Positions 18,128 to 27,024 of a stretch of 32,000 bases of DNA are shown here, in pieces. The stretch lies in the sequence record CM072920.1; one strand, 5' to 3'. The position numbers and the translations under genes were made by a program. Under the pieces are notes generated by a model. The model was given only the letters and a program-made list of their open reading frames with translations. It was not told where the DNA came from and made no database searches. Numbering within the stretch: position 1 is the first letter of the stretch; each line of letters starts with the position of its first letter.

Positions 18128-18541
18128 TTTAAACTTTTTATTATAAACATTAACTTTTTAAATAAAAAAAATATGCTTAAATTAGAACTAAAGAGGTTCT
18201 TATTAAAAAATCAATAGTTATTATTTTATTCTTATTAAATATGGGTCAAATAATAAATATTGAATATCTTTATAGTTAATTTTTTTTGACATTTTTATTA
18301 AGAGGTTACTTTTTTTTTTACTACTGATATATTGGAAAATAGAATAGTTACAAAAACAGGTAGTTCGTTATAGTAAAGCATAAGCGACTTGCGTCCTGTA
18401 AACTAAGGTGTAAGCAGGTATTTTTTACTTTTACTTTTCTTTTTACAGTTCTAGTTCTTTTTCGTTTCCAGGTTTAAAACCTCTTGTTTTTTTTTTTCCT
18501 TTTCCAAAAAGGAAATGTAAAAAGAGTTTTAAAAACTCTGT

Positions 18542-18562
18542 ACGTTGCGCTTTTTTAGAAAA
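18542..18562 (+). repeat. same motif, copy 3
   Basis: ACGTTGCGCTTTTTTAGAAAA. Confidence 0.7.
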
Positions 18563-18752
18563 GTAAAAAAGAAAATAAAAAAACGGAATAGAAAAAAATC
18601 CTTAATAAAAATTTATTTTGTAAAAATGAAAATTAAACAATAATGAAAATTTTTCTAAAAAAATCAATAAAAATAAATTAACTAAATTTTTCTTTTCAAA
18701 AAAGCAAAGCTTTTTTGAACTTATATTAAAAAAAATTATAAATAAAATAAAT

Positions 18753-19013
18753 ATGATGCTAGACTTGGTGAAATATCCTGTGATTCGTACAGAAAAAGCT
18801 ACTCGTTTAATTGAAAATAAACAATTTAGTTTTGATGTAGATGTACGCCTCACAAAAACTCAAATTCGAAAACTTGTAGAAGAGTTTTTTAATGTAAAAG
18901 TACTGGCAGTAAATACACATCGTCCACCTCGAAAAAATAAACGTGTTAGTTCAAGACTGAATTCAAAACGTGTAATTATAACAATTGGTGGTGATGTAAC
19001 TTTATTAAAATAA
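18753..19013 (+). CDS. rpl23: 50S ribosomal protein L23
   Basis: 86-aa ORF with an L23-like N-terminus ([26 protein letters not shown]). It occupies the conserved position immediately 5' of rpl2. Confidence 0.88.
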   Translation: MMLDLVKYPVIRTEKATRLIENKQFSFDVDVRLTKTQIRKLVEEFFNVKVLAVNTHRPPRKNKRVSSRLNSKRVIITIGGDVTLLK

Positions 19014-19032
19014 AATGCAATGGATATAGACT

Positions 19033-19860
19033 ATGGCTATTCGTTTTTTTAAAGCTGCCACACCAGGTACAAGACATGGTTCAGTATTAGATTTTTCTGA
19101 AATATCTTCTAAAAAACCAGAAAAAAGTTTAACTACTTGGTGGTCTCGTTCAAAAGGGCGAAATAATAAAGGGATTATTACAAGTCGACATCGCGGTGGT
19201 GGTCATAAAAAACTTTATCGCGATGTTGATTTTAAAAGAAATAAGGTTGGGGTATCAGCAAAAGTAAGTAGTATTGAATATGATCCAAATCGTAATGCAC
19301 ATATTTCATTATTACATTATCAAGATGGAGAAAAAAAATATATTTTACACCCAGCTGGTCTTAAGATAGGAGATTTTGTAATAGCTTCTTTAAATGCAAC
19401 TATTTCTATTGGTAACTCATTACCACTAACTAATATTCCATTAGGTACGGAAGTTCATAATATTGAATTAAAACCAGGTGCCGGTGGACAATTAGTTAGA
19501 GCTGCTGGTACAGTAGCACAAATTGTTGCTAAAGAAGGAAATTATGTGACTTTACGTTTGCCTTCAGGTGAAGTTCGTTTAGTGCCACAAAATTGTTGGG
19601 CAACAATCGGTCGAGTAGGTAATGTTGACAAAATTAATCTTACATTAGGAAAGGCTGGTCGTAATAGATGGTTAGGCCGTCGTCCTCATGTTCGTGGTTC
19701 AGCCATGAACCCAGTAGATCATCCGCATGGTGGTGGGGAAGGCCGTGCACCTATTGGTCGTTCTCGACCATTAAGCCCTTGGGGTAAACCCGCATTAGGT
19801 GTAAAAACACGTAAACGTAAAAAATTTAGTAATTTTTTAATTCTTCAGAAAAGAAAATAA
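19033..19860 (+). CDS. rpl2: 50S ribosomal protein L2 (no intron)
   Basis: 275-aa ORF with the motifs [12 protein letters not shown] and [11 protein letters not shown]. Confidence 0.97.
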   Translation: MAIRFFKAATPGTRHGSVLDFSEISSKKPEKSLTTWWSRSKGRNNKGIITSRHRGGGHKKLYRDVDFKRNKVGVSAKVSSIEYDPNRNAHISLLHYQDGEKKYILHPAGLKIGDFVIASLNATISIGNSLPLTNIPLGTEVHNIELKPGAGGQLVRAAGTVAQIVAKEGNYVTLRLPSGEVRLVPQNCWATIGRVGNVDKINLTLGKAGRNRWLGRRPHVRGSAMNPVDHPHGGGEGRAPIGRSRPLSPWGKPALGVKTRKRKKFSNFLILQKRK

Positions 19861-20225
19861 GAAAGACTAGTAATCTCTTTTTACATTTTTTTTTATTATT
19901 CTGTGAAAAAATATGTTCATTTTTACTTTTTTATGATGAAAAAAAAGTAAAAAATGAAAGTGTATTTTATTTTGGTGCATTTTTATTTTTTTTCCTGTTC
20001 TTGTTCTAGGTTACAGTTTTTGTTCTTCCGTTTCCATTTCTTTTACAAAAATTTAGTTGGTTCCCTTTTCATTCCAAAAAACTGGGTTTTTTGGACCAAA
20101 TTTCGTTTTTGGCAAAGTAAAAGGAACCAATGAAGTTAGTTCCAAGTTGAAAACCTGGTGTTTTGTTTTTAGAAAAAAACGAAAGAACAAGAACAAGAAC
20201 TTGAACTGAAAAACTGGAAAAGGAA

Positions 20226-20306
20226 TTCCGTTTTCATTTTTTTTTAACAAGTTGTCTTTTTTTACTTTGTAAAAAAAAGCTAAGACCAAATGCAATAAAC
20301 TTTGTT
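20226..20306 (+). repeat. module of about 85 nt upstream of rps19, copy A
   Basis: TTCCGTTTTCATTT...GTTGTCTTTTTTTACTTTGTAAAAAAAAGCTAAGACCAAATGCAATAAACTTTGTT. It aligns with 30707-30791 at roughly 85% identity, with homopolymer indels. Confidence 0.8.
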
Positions 20307-20388
20307 GGTTCAAAAAACTCAGTTTTTTGAAAAGGGAGAAATGCAAAAGAAAAACATCAAAAATGCACAAACAAAAAACAATAGAACT

Positions 20389-20667
20389 ATGGCAAGATCA
20401 TTAAAAAAAGCCCCATTTGTGGCAGATCATTTACTTAAAAAAGTTGAGCGATTAAATGCACAAGGTGATAAAAAAGTGATTAAGACCTGGTCTCGTGCGT
20501 CCACTATTGTGCCTGTAATGATAGGTCATACCATTGCTGTACATAATGGTCGTGAACATATTCCTGTGTTCGTTACAGATCAAATGGTAGGACACAAATT
20601 AGGGGAATTTGCTCCAACACGCACTTTCCGTGGTCATGTGAAAAAAGATAAAAAATCAAAAAGATAA
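20389..20667 (+). CDS. rps19: 30S ribosomal protein S19
   Basis: Conserved S19 begins at [18 protein letters not shown] and includes [32 protein letters not shown]. The track ORF extends 29 codons upstream into repeat-derived sequence, so I use the ATG at 20389 (92 aa). Confidence 0.93.
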   Translation: MARSLKKAPFVADHLLKKVERLNAQGDKKVIKTWSRASTIVPVMIGHTIAVHNGREHIPVFVTDQMVGHKLGEFAPTRTFRGHVKKDKKSKR

Positions 20668-20674
20668 ATTGATT

Positions 20675-21367
20675 ATGGGACAAAAAGTACATCCTTTAGG
20701 ATTTCGTCTCGGTATAACACAAAAACATCAAAGTTATTGGTGTACAAAACCTAGAATATCCGCTATTTGGGTAGACGATGCCAGTCTTCTTCGACGTTTT
20801 ATTCAAAAAAATTATACCGGTGCAGGTATTACAAATATCGAAATACATAGACGAGAATTAGATTATTCATCTATTGCTATTAAAATTTATGCCGCACGTC
20901 CAGCATTATTTTCAGGCCGAGATCTAAAATCTTTAGATTCTCTTCGAGACCAATTACTAAAAAAATTAAAAGCATTTTATAGAAAACGAAATTTACCTGA
21001 TCCAGGTAATATTAATATAAGTCTTTATATTAAACCTGTTAAAGAACCTGATTCTTTTGCAGCTGTACTTGCTGAAAAATTAGTTGAAGATTTACAACAA
21101 CGAAAACCATATCGTCGTGCAATGCGTCAAGTAATCCAAAAAGCAATTCGTGCTGGTGTCAAAGGAATTAAAGTTCAAATTTCAGGTCGTTTAAATGGTG
21201 CTGATATAGCACGATCAGAAGAGTTAAGGGAAGGACCAGTACCTTTACAAACTTTGCGCGCAGATATTGATTATAGTTCAAAATCAGCAAAAACAATTTT
21301 TGGCCTGTTAGGCGTTAAAATTTGGGTATTCCATGGTGAACGTTTAAATCCTTTAACCAATTTTTAA
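20675..21367 (+). CDS. rps3: 30S ribosomal protein S3
   Basis: Starts MGQKVHPLGFRLG at the first ATG; the track ORF starts at a TTG at 20669. The KH and C-terminal domains are recognisable. Compact at 230 aa. Confidence 0.93.
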   Translation: MGQKVHPLGFRLGITQKHQSYWCTKPRISAIWVDDASLLRRFIQKNYTGAGITNIEIHRRELDYSSIAIKIYAARPALFSGRDLKSLDSLRDQLLKKLKAFYRKRNLPDPGNINISLYIKPVKEPDSFAAVLAEKLVEDLQQRKPYRRAMRQVIQKAIRAGVKGIKVQISGRLNGADIARSEELREGPVPLQTLRADIDYSSKSAKTIFGLLGVKIWVFHGERLNPLTNF

Positions 21368-21400
21368 AAAATTTTAAAAAAGTATAAATCATAACTTTAT

Positions 21401-21805
21401 ATGTTAAGCCCAAAAAGAACTAAATATAGAAAACACCATCGTGGTCGTATGAGAGGAAAAGCCTCTCGTGGAAATACATTGGTATTTGGAGATTATGGAT
21501 TACAAACATTAGAATGTTCTTGGATTACCTCTCGTCAGATAGAAGCTGCTAGACGTGCTATGACACGACAAGTACGTAGAGGTGGTCAAATATGGATTCG
21601 TCTTTTTCCAGATAAACCAGTTACTATGCGTCCAGCAGAAACCAGAATGGGTTCTGGAAAAGGAGCTCCAGAATATTGGGTTGCTGTAGTAAAACCTGGA
21701 AAAATTCTTTATGAATTAAAAGGTGTACCAGAAACAGTAGCTCGTGTAGCTCTTCTCCTAGCGGCTTCAAAATTACCAGTTAAAACACAAATTCTTGTAA
21801 AGTAA
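21401..21805 (+). CDS. rpl16: 50S ribosomal protein L16
   Basis: 134-aa ORF starting [19 protein letters not shown], with the block [21 protein letters not shown]. No intron. Confidence 0.96.
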   Translation: MLSPKRTKYRKHHRGRMRGKASRGNTLVFGDYGLQTLECSWITSRQIEAARRAMTRQVRRGGQIWIRLFPDKPVTMRPAETRMGSGKGAPEYWVAVVKPGKILYELKGVPETVARVALLLAASKLPVKTQILVK

Positions 21806-21893
21806 GTATAAAATAAATGGGTTTCTTCATTTTTACTGTGTAAAAATAAAGAATGTGTTTTACGTTTCTTTTCCAGTTGTTTTTCTTTTTCTG

Positions 21894-21916
21894 TTTCCAG
21901 GTTGAAAACCTGGAAA
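21894..21916. repeat. CCAGG-family hairpin (rpl16-rpl14 spacer)
   Basis: TTTCCAGGTT-GAA-AACCTGGAAA. Confidence 0.8.
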
Positions 21917-22063
21917 TAAGCACAGCGGACAGAGTTTGTTTTTGGAAAAAGAACTGGAACTGAAAAACTGTAAAAAGAAACGAAAAGGAAAAGCAAACTT
22001 AAATACAAATAAAAAAATAAATCCAAAAAACAAATTGGCTCATAGTAAAAAAAGAGGGACGTT

Positions 22064-22432
22064 ATGATTCAACCGCAAACTTATCTTCGAGTAGCAGATA
22101 ATACAGGTGCTAGAGAGCTTATGTGTATTCGAGTACTAGGTGGTGGAAAACAACGAGCTGCTACAGTGGGTGATATTATAATTGCTGTTGTCAAAGATGC
22201 TACTCCTAATATGCCCGTAAAAAAATCGGACATAGTTCGTGCAGTTATTGTTCGAACACGCAAAAATGTTCGACGATCCAATGGAACAAGCATTCGTTTT
22301 GATGAAAATGCAGCAGTTATTATAAATAAAGAGAATAATCCTCGAGGCACTCGAGTTTTTGGTCCGGTAGCTCGTGAATTACGTGATGGTAATTTTACAA
22401 AAATTATTTCATTAGCACCGGAAGTTTTGTAG
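22064..22432 (+). CDS. rpl14: 50S ribosomal protein L14
   Basis: 122-aa ORF starting [27 protein letters not shown]. Confidence 0.97.
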   Translation: MIQPQTYLRVADNTGARELMCIRVLGGGKQRAATVGDIIIAVVKDATPNMPVKKSDIVRAVIVRTRKNVRRSNGTSIRFDENAAVIINKENNPRGTRVFGPVARELRDGNFTKIISLAPEVL

Positions 22433-22533
22433 TCTTTTTTTATTTATTTGATTTTAAATTAAGATATTTAAAAAAGAACAAACTTGATAAAAAAGCAATT
22501 TAAAAAAAGAATAATAAATATAAGAGATTTTAT

Positions 22534-23076
22534 ATGGTGCAACGATTAGAAAATTTCTATCATGAGAAAATTATTCCACAATTAATGGAACAATTTCATT
22601 ATAAAAATATACATCAAGTACCGACACTTGAAAAAATTGTAATTAATCGTGGTCTGGGTGATGCTTCCCAAAATGCAAAACTTTTAGAATCTTTTTCGAA
22701 AGAACTTAGCATTATTGCTGGTCAGCAAGGGGTTATTACAAGATCAAAAAAAGCTATTGCTGGTTTTAAACTTAGACAAAAAATGCCAGTAGGTTTAGTT
22801 GTTACACTTCGTGGTGAACGAATGTATGCTTTTTTAGATCGTTTAATTAATTTAGCTCTACCACGAATTCGTGATTTTCAAGGTGTCAATCCAAAAAGTT
22901 TTGATGGGCATGGTAATTATAGTTTAGGCCTAGAAGAACAATTGATGTTTCCTGAAATTGATTATGACAAAATTGATCAAGTTCGTGGTATGGATGTTTC
23001 AATTATTACTACATCAACCAACGATCAAGAAGCTAGTGCCTTATTAAAAGCATTTGGAATGCCATTTAAACGTTAA
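22534..23076 (+). CDS. rpl5: 50S ribosomal protein L5
   Basis: 180-aa ORF with L5 blocks ([43 protein letters not shown]). Confidence 0.95.
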   Translation: MVQRLENFYHEKIIPQLMEQFHYKNIHQVPTLEKIVINRGLGDASQNAKLLESFSKELSIIAGQQGVITRSKKAIAGFKLRQKMPVGLVVTLRGERMYAFLDRLINLALPRIRDFQGVNPKSFDGHGNYSLGLEEQLMFPEIDYDKIDQVRGMDVSIITTSTNDQEASALLKAFGMPFKR

Positions 23077-23180
23077 TTTTTAATAGTCTTTTTTATCCTT
23101 AAGTTTATAATTTAAGATGATTATAAATAATAATCACTTTTTTTTTTTTTTCTTCCAAAAATTTTCTTGGTTCCATTTTC

Positions 23181-23223
23181 TATTCCAGGTTGTTCCAGGA
23201 TTTACCTGGAACAACCTGGAATA
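23181..23223. repeat. CCAGG-family hairpin, 19-bp perfect stem (rpl5-rps8 spacer)
   Basis: TATTCCAGGTTGTTCCAGG-ATTTA-CCTGGAACAACCTGGAATA. Confidence 0.85.
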
Positions 23224-23431
23224 GGTTGAAACCTGGACTAAACAAAGTTTTTGCAAAAGGAAGAAAAGCAAAAGGAAAGTTAAAAAAGACCAAAAACACT
23301 AGCTTCTGTTTTTTTTAGATAATTTTATCTAAATAATTCAGATGTTTTTTAAAGTTTTTAAAAAACAATGAAGCTATTCTTGATTAATTCTCTTAATCAA
23401 GAAAAGAATTAATAAACAGAAATAATGAATT

Positions 23432-23914
23432 ATGGTAAACGATACGATTAGTGATATGCTGACACGAATTCGAAATGCAAATTTAGCACATAAAAAGACC
23501 GTGTCAGTTTCCAAAACAAAAATTCATGAGAAAATTTGTGAAATTCTTGAAAAAGAAGGATTTATTACAAGTTTTCAGATATCTGAAAATCAAATTAATG
23601 AATTAATTATTCATTTAAAATATCAAACAACTTTTTCTGATACAAAAAACAAAGTTTTTGGAAAAGGAAAAGGAACCAACGTTGTTTTTGTAAAAGGAAA
23701 AGGAAATGGAAGTAGTGGTTTAGGAAAACCATGTATTACAAATTTAAAACGAATTAGTAAACCAGGACTTCGAGTTTACACAAATCATAAAGAAATTCCA
23801 AAAATTCTTGGTGGTATGGGTATTATTATTCTATCTACTTCTCAAGGATTAATGACCGATCGTGATGCACGTTCTCGTCATCTTGGTGGCGAAGTAATTT
23901 GTTCCATATGGTAA
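23432..23914 (+). CDS. rps8: 30S ribosomal protein S8, with a repeat-derived internal insertion of about 30 aa
   Basis: Starts MVNDTISDMLTRIRNA and ends LSTSQGLMTDRDARSRHLGGEVICSIW. It has 160 codons versus the usual ~130. The extra residues are encoded by SDR sequence at 23644-23710. Confidence 0.92.
   Translation: MVNDTISDMLTRIRNANLAHKKTVSVSKTKIHEKICEILEKEGFITSFQISENQINELIIHLKYQTTFSDTKNKVFGKGKGTNVVFVKGKGNGSSGLGKPCITNLKRISKPGLRVYTNHKEIPKILGGMGIIILSTSQGLMTDRDARSRHLGGEVICSIW
23644..23710 (+). repeat. SDR module inside the rps8 reading frame
   Basis: AAAAAACAAAGTTTTTGGAAAAGGAAAAGGAACCAACGTTGTTTTTGTAAAAGGAAAAGGAAATGGA is translated as KNKVFGKGKGTNVVFVKGKGNG (codons 72-93, frame checked by hand). 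Confidence 0.8.
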
Positions 23915-24285
23915 ATCAAGGAAAAATTTCGGCTATTGTGTACTTCCCCTTTCACTACCGCCTTTTCCATTTCCGTTTATTTTTCCAGTTTGAAAAACAA
24001 GAACTGGAAAAGAAAAAGGAAACCACTGGAAGCCTTCTCCAATTATTCTTTTTATTGCTTTTAAAAAAAGTACTACTTGAATTTTTTGAATTCTAGCTTT
24101 TTAGAATTTTTTTAATGCATTTTTATTATTTTTAGGTTTTTACTATTGTTATATTTAAGTTCCATTTTCTTTTTAAAAGCAAATAATGCGTAAAAATAAA
24201 TACAGTATTTAAAAAATGCAAAAAAAAATTCAAAAATTAAATTTATTAAAAATTTTCATATTAGTTTGTTTATATAAAATAGAAT

Positions 24286-24292
24286 AAGGAGG
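24286..24292 (+). promoter_or_regulatory. Shine-Dalgarno-like AAGGAGG upstream of infA
   Basis: It lies 3 nt before the TTG at 24296 and 33 nt before the ATG at 24326. The spacing is not ideal for either start. Confidence 0.35.
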
Positions 24293-24295
24293 CCT

Positions 24296-24535
24296 TTGAA
24301 TCAAAAAAATAATGATATCATAGAAATGGAAGGCGTCGTAACACAATGTTTATCAAATGGCATGTTTCGAGTGAAATTAGAAAATGGATTTTTTGTTCTC
24401 GCGCATGTTTCAGGTAAAATACGACGAAATTATATACGTATATTATTAGGTGATCGTGTGGCTGTTGAGTTAAGTCCATATGATTTAAGTCGTGGACGAA
24501 TAACTTATCGTCTTCGAACCGTAAAAGAAAAATAA
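24296..24535 (+). CDS. infA: translation initiation factor IF-1
   Basis: S1-like core [51 protein letters not shown]. The residues NDIIEMEG upstream of the first ATG (24326) align with bacterial IF-1 (DNIEMQG), which favours the TTG start at 24296. The start is uncertain. Confidence 0.88.
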   Translation: MNQKNNDIIEMEGVVTQCLSNGMFRVKLENGFFVLAHVSGKIRRNYIRILLGDRVAVELSPYDLSRGRITYRLRTVKEK

Positions 24536-24560
24536 GTCTATAAATGACGAGAAAATAATT

Positions 24561-24674
24561 ATGAAAGTTCGTCCTTCAGTTCGAAAAATGTGTGATAAAT
24601 GTCGATTAATCCGACGAAAAGGAACTTTACGTGTAATTTGTCAAAATCCAAAACATAAACAAAGACAAGGCTAA
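24561..24674 (+). CDS. rpl36: 50S ribosomal protein L36
   Basis: Hand-translated 37 codons: [37 protein letters not shown], then a stop. Confidence 0.93.
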   Translation: MKVRPSVRKMCDKCRLIRRKGTLRVICQNPKHKQRQG

Positions 24675-24714
24675 TGGATTAAAATAAGTTTTTTACTTTT
24701 TATTTCACTTCCAA

Positions 24715-24752
24715 TTTTTCACGTTTCATTTTTAAAAATGAAACGTGAAAAA
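24715..24752. repeat. 38-bp perfect palindrome downstream of rpl36
   Basis: TTTTTCACGTTTCATTTTT/AAAAATGAAACGTGAAAAA. Confidence 0.85.
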
Positions 24753-25150
24753 AGTAGTAAGTTGCAAAAATTACATTTTTGCAAATGAAAACGGAAAGAA
24801 AAACAGAACCAAAACTAATTTTATTCCAACTCAATACAAATACCATATCATAAGATCTTATTGTAAAAAGTATCTTTTTTTATAGTTGTGTTAAGCAACT
24901 TGTATTAATAAATGAATTGAGTTTAAAACTTCTATTGTTCTTGGTAGTACAAATAAAACATGTAATAATGTTTATAAGATAAAATAACTTGTACCTTTAA
25001 CAAAAAATTTTTTTGTTATCGTTCGGAAAATCAAAAATCTTCTATCAAAGATTTTTGCTTTTGTGTTTGAATAATTTATTGATTTGTTAGATTAAGAAAA
25101 AATATATTAATTTAACAAATCAATAACAAAAATAAAAATAACACAGTTAT

Positions 25151-25195
25151 CTTTTTTGTTGTATATTTTTTAATAAAAAATATACAACAAAAAAG
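25151..25195. repeat. 21-bp perfect hairpin 60 nt upstream of rps11
   Basis: CTTTTTTGTTGTATATTTTTT-AAT-AAAAAATATACAACAAAAAAG. Confidence 0.85.
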
Positions 25196-25255
25196 CCTCA
25201 TAAAATAATTAAAACTAAATTATTAAACTTCAAGGTGTGGTAAAAAACAACATTT

Positions 25256-25648
25256 ATGGCAAAAAAAATTGAAAAAAGCTCAAAGAAAAAATTTCGAGAA
25301 AAAGTCGTAAAAGGCGTGGCTCATATACAATCCACATTTAACAATACAATTGTTACTATTACAAATGTAAAAGGGAATGTTTTAGCTTGGTCATCTTCAG
25401 GTGCTTGTGGCTTTAAAGGTGCACGAAAAAAAACACCATTAGCCGCAAAACAAGCAGCTGAAAATGCAGCACAAACTTGTGTAAGCCAAGGCATGAAAGA
25501 AGTTGCTGTACGTGTAAAGGGTGCAGGAGCTGGTCGAGAAGCCGCTTTAAGAGGCTTACGTGATGCTGGTTTAATTATTACGATTATTCGTGATATAACA
25601 CCAATTCCTCATAATGGATGTAGACCACCAAAAAAACGTAGAGTATAG
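25256..25648 (+). CDS. rps11: 30S ribosomal protein S11
   Basis: 130-aa ORF with S11 blocks ([36 protein letters not shown]). Confidence 0.96.
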   Translation: MAKKIEKSSKKKFREKVVKGVAHIQSTFNNTIVTITNVKGNVLAWSSSGACGFKGARKKTPLAAKQAAENAAQTCVSQGMKEVAVRVKGAGAGREAALRGLRDAGLIITIIRDITPIPHNGCRPPKKRRV

Positions 25649-25773
25649 TGAAAAATTAATAGAAAAATCAAAATAGACTAATAATTTTTTTAAAATTAAA
25701 ATAAAAGTAATAGAGTTTTTCAGTAGTAAAAATATCAAAAGTTTTTCTAAATTAAAAGCTTTATTTTTCATTC

Positions 25774-25832
25774 TGGTTCCTTTTACAAAAATGAAGTTGG
25801 TTTCCAAAATTTCATTTTTGTAAAAGGAACCA
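25774..25832. repeat. 22-bp perfect inverted repeat, 15-nt loop (rps11-rpoA spacer)
   Basis: Arms TGGTTCCTTTTACAAAAATGAA and TTCATTTTTGTAAAAGGAACCA. Confidence 0.85.
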
Positions 25833-25884
25833 ATTTCATTTTTTTCGTTAAATTTTTTAAATTAAAAGCGCACGTGTATAGTAT

Positions 25885-26712
25885 ATGATTCAAATACAAA
25901 ATAAATTTTATTCCTGTGTTGAAACACGAATTCAATCTCAGGGTGAAATGTATGCACGTTTTCATTTAGGAACATTTTTTCGAGGACAAGCCCTTACAGT
26001 TGCTAATGCTCTTCGAAGAACTTTACTTGGAGAACTTCCTTATTTAATTGTAACTAAAGTTCATATTGATGGAGTTGTTCATGAATTTTCAAGTATTCCA
26101 GGTGTTCAAGAGAGTGTCCTTGATATTTTATTAAATTTAAAAAGATTAACATTTACAATATCTAATAAAAAATTCAATATATTTTCGAATTCTTGGTTAA
26201 AAACTAAGGTTTTTTTAAAAATTCGAGGTCCGGCAAAAGTAACAGCAGCAGATTTAAAATTACCACCTCATTTAGCCTGTGTTTGGCCAAATCATTATAT
26301 TGCTACACTAAGTTCAAATGCGGAATTAGCTTGTGTATTAGAACTAGCCGTTGTTCATCCAAAACAAAAAATATCTATAGCCAAAAACGAAGTTGGTTCA
26401 AAAAACAAAATTTTTGGAAAAGTAACCAACGATGTTTTTGAAAAAGGAAAAGGAACTGAATCAAAAAAAATATTAACTGATTCAATAGAAAAAAATAAAA
26501 AAATTTTTTCTTTAGATACTAATTATAGTCCAATTCGAAAAGTAAATTATGTTATTTATGAATTGGATTCAAAAAAAAATTCCGAATATTTAGTTCTGGA
26601 AATTGTGACAGATGGTAGTATAGAACCAAAACAAGCATTAAGATTTGCTTTTAAACAACTCACAAAGTTATTTTATGAATTTACACAAATAAGTAAAAAC
26701 GTCAATTGCTGA
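25885..26712 (+). CDS. rpoA: RNA polymerase alpha subunit (N-terminal domain only; repeat-derived insertion)
   Basis: Alpha-NTD blocks are present (GQALTVANALRRTLLGELP, VHEFSSIPGVQESVLDILLNLK, LVLEIVTDGSIEPKQALRFA). It occupies the conserved position after rps11. It stops at 275 aa, and I see no C-terminal domain sequence. Confidence 0.85.
   Translation: MIQIQNKFYSCVETRIQSQGEMYARFHLGTFFRGQALTVANALRRTLLGELPYLIVTKVHIDGVVHEFSSIPGVQESVLDILLNLKRLTFTISNKKFNIFSNSWLKTKVFLKIRGPAKVTAADLKLPPHLACVWPNHYIATLSSNAELACVLELAVVHPKQKISIAKNEVGSKNKIFGKVTNDVFEKGKGTESKKILTDSIEKNKKIFSLDTNYSPIRKVNYVIYELDSKKNSEYLVLEIVTDGSIEPKQALRFAFKQLTKLFYEFTQISKNVNC
26383..26460 (+). repeat. SDR module inside the rpoA reading frame
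   Basis: AAAAACGAAGTTGGTTCAAAAAACAAAATTTTTGGAAAAGTAACCAACGATGTTTTTGAAAAAGGAAAAGGAACTGAA is translated as KNEVGSKNKIFGKVTNDVFEKGKGTE (codons 167-192, frame checked by hand). Confidence 0.8.
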
Positions 26713-26835
26713 CGCAACAGTATTTGGTGCTATTGTGGAAGAGAAGTAAGTCGCTAATGCTATAGCTTTCTAAAAACGAAGTTTTGAGAAGAGCAATAGC
26801 ATTCCGTTTCCATTTCTAGTACCTTCTCCAGTTGT

Positions 26836-26883
26836 TTTTCCTTTTCGTTCCTTTTCAAAAATGAAAAGGAACGAAAAGGAAAA
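26836..26883. repeat. 48-bp palindrome (GGAAAAGG family) in the rpoA-rps9 spacer
   Basis: TTTTCCTTTTCGTTCCTTTTCA-AAAA-TGAAAAGGAACGAAAAGGAAAA. Confidence 0.85.
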
Positions 26884-27024
26884 GGTACTATAAAAAGAAC
26901 AAAATAACTTTGTGGAAAAGACTGTGGCAAAATAAAAATTCATAATAAATTAAAAACTAACTCTAAAAACTTCTTTAAAATAAAAAATTATTTAATAATT
27001 TTTAGCAGCAATTGTAAAACCAAT

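Noticed and set aside
20053-20370. 105-aa ORF on the minus strand in the rpl2-rps19 spacer
   Set aside because: It is composed entirely of SDR modules (Phe/Leu/Lys-rich low complexity). It overlaps the repeat cluster and the rps19 leader, has no recognisable domain, and is open only because the repeats lack stops in this frame.
20668-20674. Absence of rpl22 between rps19 and rps3 as a possible deletion
   Set aside because: The 7-nt junction leaves no room for a remnant. To my knowledge, the absence of plastid rpl22 is the normal state in core chlorophytes, so this is lineage-typical rather than an anomaly.
21709-22026. 105-aa ORF on the minus strand spanning the rpl16 3' end and the rpl16-rpl14 spacer
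   Set aside because: It is antisense to rpl16 at one end and repeat-derived over the rest, with no known protein signature.
23899-24096. Repeat-built ORFs of 60-86 aa in spacers (also 11267-11461, 13634-13834, 18602-18853, 28162-28344 and 30522-30728)
   Set aside because: All are AT-rich or SDR-derived low-complexity sequences (runs of F, L, K, N) without conserved motifs. Several overlap the ends of real genes.
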